This document shows positions 14,249 to 15,916 of a DNA stretch of 15,916 nucleotides, in pieces. The notes below the pieces were generated by a model. The model was given only the letters and a program-made list of their open reading frames with translations. It was not told the origin of the DNA and did not search any database. Source of the stretch: Candidatus Rokuibacteriota bacterium (GTDB lineage Bacteria > Methylomirabilota > Methylomirabilia > Rokubacteriales > DASRDR01); contig JBIOTN010000055.1 of the NCBI GenBank assembly GCA_044866005.1, positions 1-15,916 on the forward strand, written 5' to 3'. The translations under genes were made by a program, and so were the position numbers. The first letter of the stretch is position 1; every line of letters starts with the position of its first letter.

Positions 14249-15868
14249 ATGAGACGACTTGCGCGACCGCGGGCGTCCGTAGGCTTCCTGGCCGTGGTGG
14301 GGGTCGCGACGGCCCTCGTGCTCGGGCCTGCCGGGCTCGGGGGTGCGCAGGGTCCGAAGACCCTGGTCATCGCGATCGGCGCCGACCAGACCGGGCTGGA
14401 TCCCCAGACCGTCCAGAACAACGAGTCGGGCTTCATCATGGCGACGATCTACGACTCGATCGTCAACTACAAGCCCGGCTCCAGCGAGGTGGGCCCGGGC
14501 CTCGCCGAGTCCTGGACCATCTCCCCCGACGGGAAGGTCTACACGTTCAAGCTCCGCCGGGGCGTCAGGTTCCACGACGGGACGCCGATGAACGCGCGGA
14601 CGGTGGCCGAGGACGTGGACCGCGCGATCAACCCGAGCAACCCCTGCTACGTCTTCAACCGGAAGGTCGACACCTACGACGATTTCACCTTCGGGTCCGT
14701 GAAGGCCGGGAACGTGGTGAAGGTCGAGGTCCCGGACGAGTACACCCTCCGCTTCACCCTGCCCGCCCCCAACGCCCCGTTCCTCTCCAGCATCGCCATG
14801 GTGTGGCAGGGCATCGTCAGCCCCGCCGCGACCCGGAAGTACAACTGCGACGCGAGCCAGCACCCCGTCGGCACCGGGCCCTTCAAGTTCGTGGAGGCGG
14901 TGCGGAACGACCACGTGACCCTGGAGGCGAACCCGGACTACTGGGGGGGCAAGCCGAAGGTCGACCGGATCATCTTCCGGATCATCCCGGAGAGCGCGAC
15001 GCGGATGCTGGCGCTCGAGCGGAACGAGGTCCAGATCCTGGCCGAGGTCCCCCCGGCGGACTACGAGCGGGTCGGCAAGAACCCGGACCTGAAGATGTAC
15101 CGGCAAGCGGGGCTTACGATCCTGGGTGTGGCCATGGCCAACGAGAAGGCGCCGTTCAACGACAAGCGCGTGCGCCAGGCCATGAACTACGCGGTGGACA
15201 AGGAGGCGATCAACAAGGGCCTCTACGGCGGCGCGACCACGGCGAGCCAGGGGATGCCGCCGGTCCTCTGGGGATACAACAAGAGCCTGGAGCCGTACCC
15301 GTACGACGTGAACCGGGCCAAGGCGCTCCTGAAGGAGGCCGGCTACCCGAACGGCTTCTCCGCCGACATGATGGTCTCCGCCAACCCCCGCGGCTACAAC
15401 CCGATCGGCGGCGCCAAGCTCGGCGAGGCGGTGCAGGGCTACCTGGCCAAGGTCGGGATCAACGTGAAGATCACGCAGTACGAGTGGGGCGCCTACCTGA
15501 ACCGGATCCGCCACGAGCCGTGGGAAGGGTTCGCCATCAGCGGCTGGTCGGGCGACAACGGGGATCCCGACAACTTCCTGGGCGACATGTTCGAGTGGGA
15601 CACCGCGAAGGGCAAGGCGCGGGCCAACAACAACGCCCACCACCACAACCCCGAGTACGACAAGCTCATCGTGGAAGGCCGTCGGACGGTCGACCAGGCC
15701 CGGCGCGCCCAGATCTACGAGAAGGCCAACGCGGTGCTCCACGACGACGCGCCGTGGATCTTCATCAACCACACGAACCAGGTCCGCGCCACGCGGGCCA
15801 ACGTGAAGGGCTTCCAGCTCAACCCGCTCCAGATGTTCTTCCACATGGAGCGGGTCTCCCTCGAGTAG
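14249..15868 (+). CDS. dppA: ABC transporter substrate-binding protein, DppA-like
   Basis: 539 aa with a Sec-type signal. GLAESWTISPDGKVYTFKLRxGVRFHDG, PVGTGPF, VRQAMNYAVDK; also RGYNP and GWSGDNGDPDNF, matching the E. coli DppA peptide-terminus-binding segments RPYNP and GWTGDNGDPDNF. Confidence 0.9.
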   Translation: MRRLARPRASVGFLAVVGVATALVLGPAGLGGAQGPKTLVIAIGADQTGLDPQTVQNNESGFIMATIYDSIVNYKPGSSEVGPGLAESWTISPDGKVYTFKLRRGVRFHDGTPMNARTVAEDVDRAINPSNPCYVFNRKVDTYDDFTFGSVKAGNVVKVEVPDEYTLRFTLPAPNAPFLSSIAMVWQGIVSPAATRKYNCDASQHPVGTGPFKFVEAVRNDHVTLEANPDYWGGKPKVDRIIFRIIPESATRMLALERNEVQILAEVPPADYERVGKNPDLKMYRQAGLTILGVAMANEKAPFNDKRVRQAMNYAVDKEAINKGLYGGATTASQGMPPVLWGYNKSLEPYPYDVNRAKALLKEAGYPNGFSADMMVSANPRGYNPIGGAKLGEAVQGYLAKVGINVKITQYEWGAYLNRIRHEPWEGFAISGWSGDNGDPDNFLGDMFEWDTAKGKARANNNAHHHNPEYDKLIVEGRRTVDQARRAQIYEKANAVLHDDAPWIFINHTNQVRATRANVKGFQLNPLQMFFHMERVSLE

Positions 15869-15916
15869 CGGCGCGGCTCGGATCGCGGGTCGGGTCGGGG
15901 CCCGCCGTTCCCGGGG

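Noticed and set aside
336..15844. Many long overlapping or antisense ORFs (e.g. 336..1724, 1736..3022, 2868..4991, 3439..6288, 6617..8029, 8017..9267, 12994..14040, 14192..15844)
   Set aside because: Typical high-GC shadow frames of recognisable genes: low-complexity or mirror composition, no motifs.
1..15916. CRISPR array, tRNA/rRNA, transposase/integrase, intrinsic terminators
   Set aside because: No regularly spaced repeats, RNA gene signatures or recombinase motifs seen, and no hairpin followed by a U-tract.

Overview
High-GC bacterial window (gene content and Tat/Sec-exported, non-lipoprotein binding proteins suggest a diderm; a Rokubacteria/Methylomirabilota-like origin is only a guess). 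Left to right: two coupled hypothetical genes (a basic protein and a very acidic Cys-rich protein with a MuF-like motif); a tmpA-tmpB organophosphonate oxygenase pair (- strand); a divergent promoter region; a 130-aa membrane-anchored uORF ending in RSPP, then a structured spacer and a UPF0182 membrane protein; a possible LLM-oxidoreductase remnant; a family-5 ABC binding protein with two permeases but no ATPase; a doubly truncated hicB-hicA remnant; a lower-GC block with a secreted YncE-like beta-propeller and an MDR oxidoreductase (- strand); an M14 deacylase; and a DppA-like binding protein. The best novelty candidate is the uORF, which looks like a RAPP-type ribosome-arrest/secretion-monitor peptide controlling UPF0182, and whose Pro-Pro codons are complementary to the UPF0182 Shine-Dalgarno. 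All family calls come from motif recognition by eye; no searches were run.
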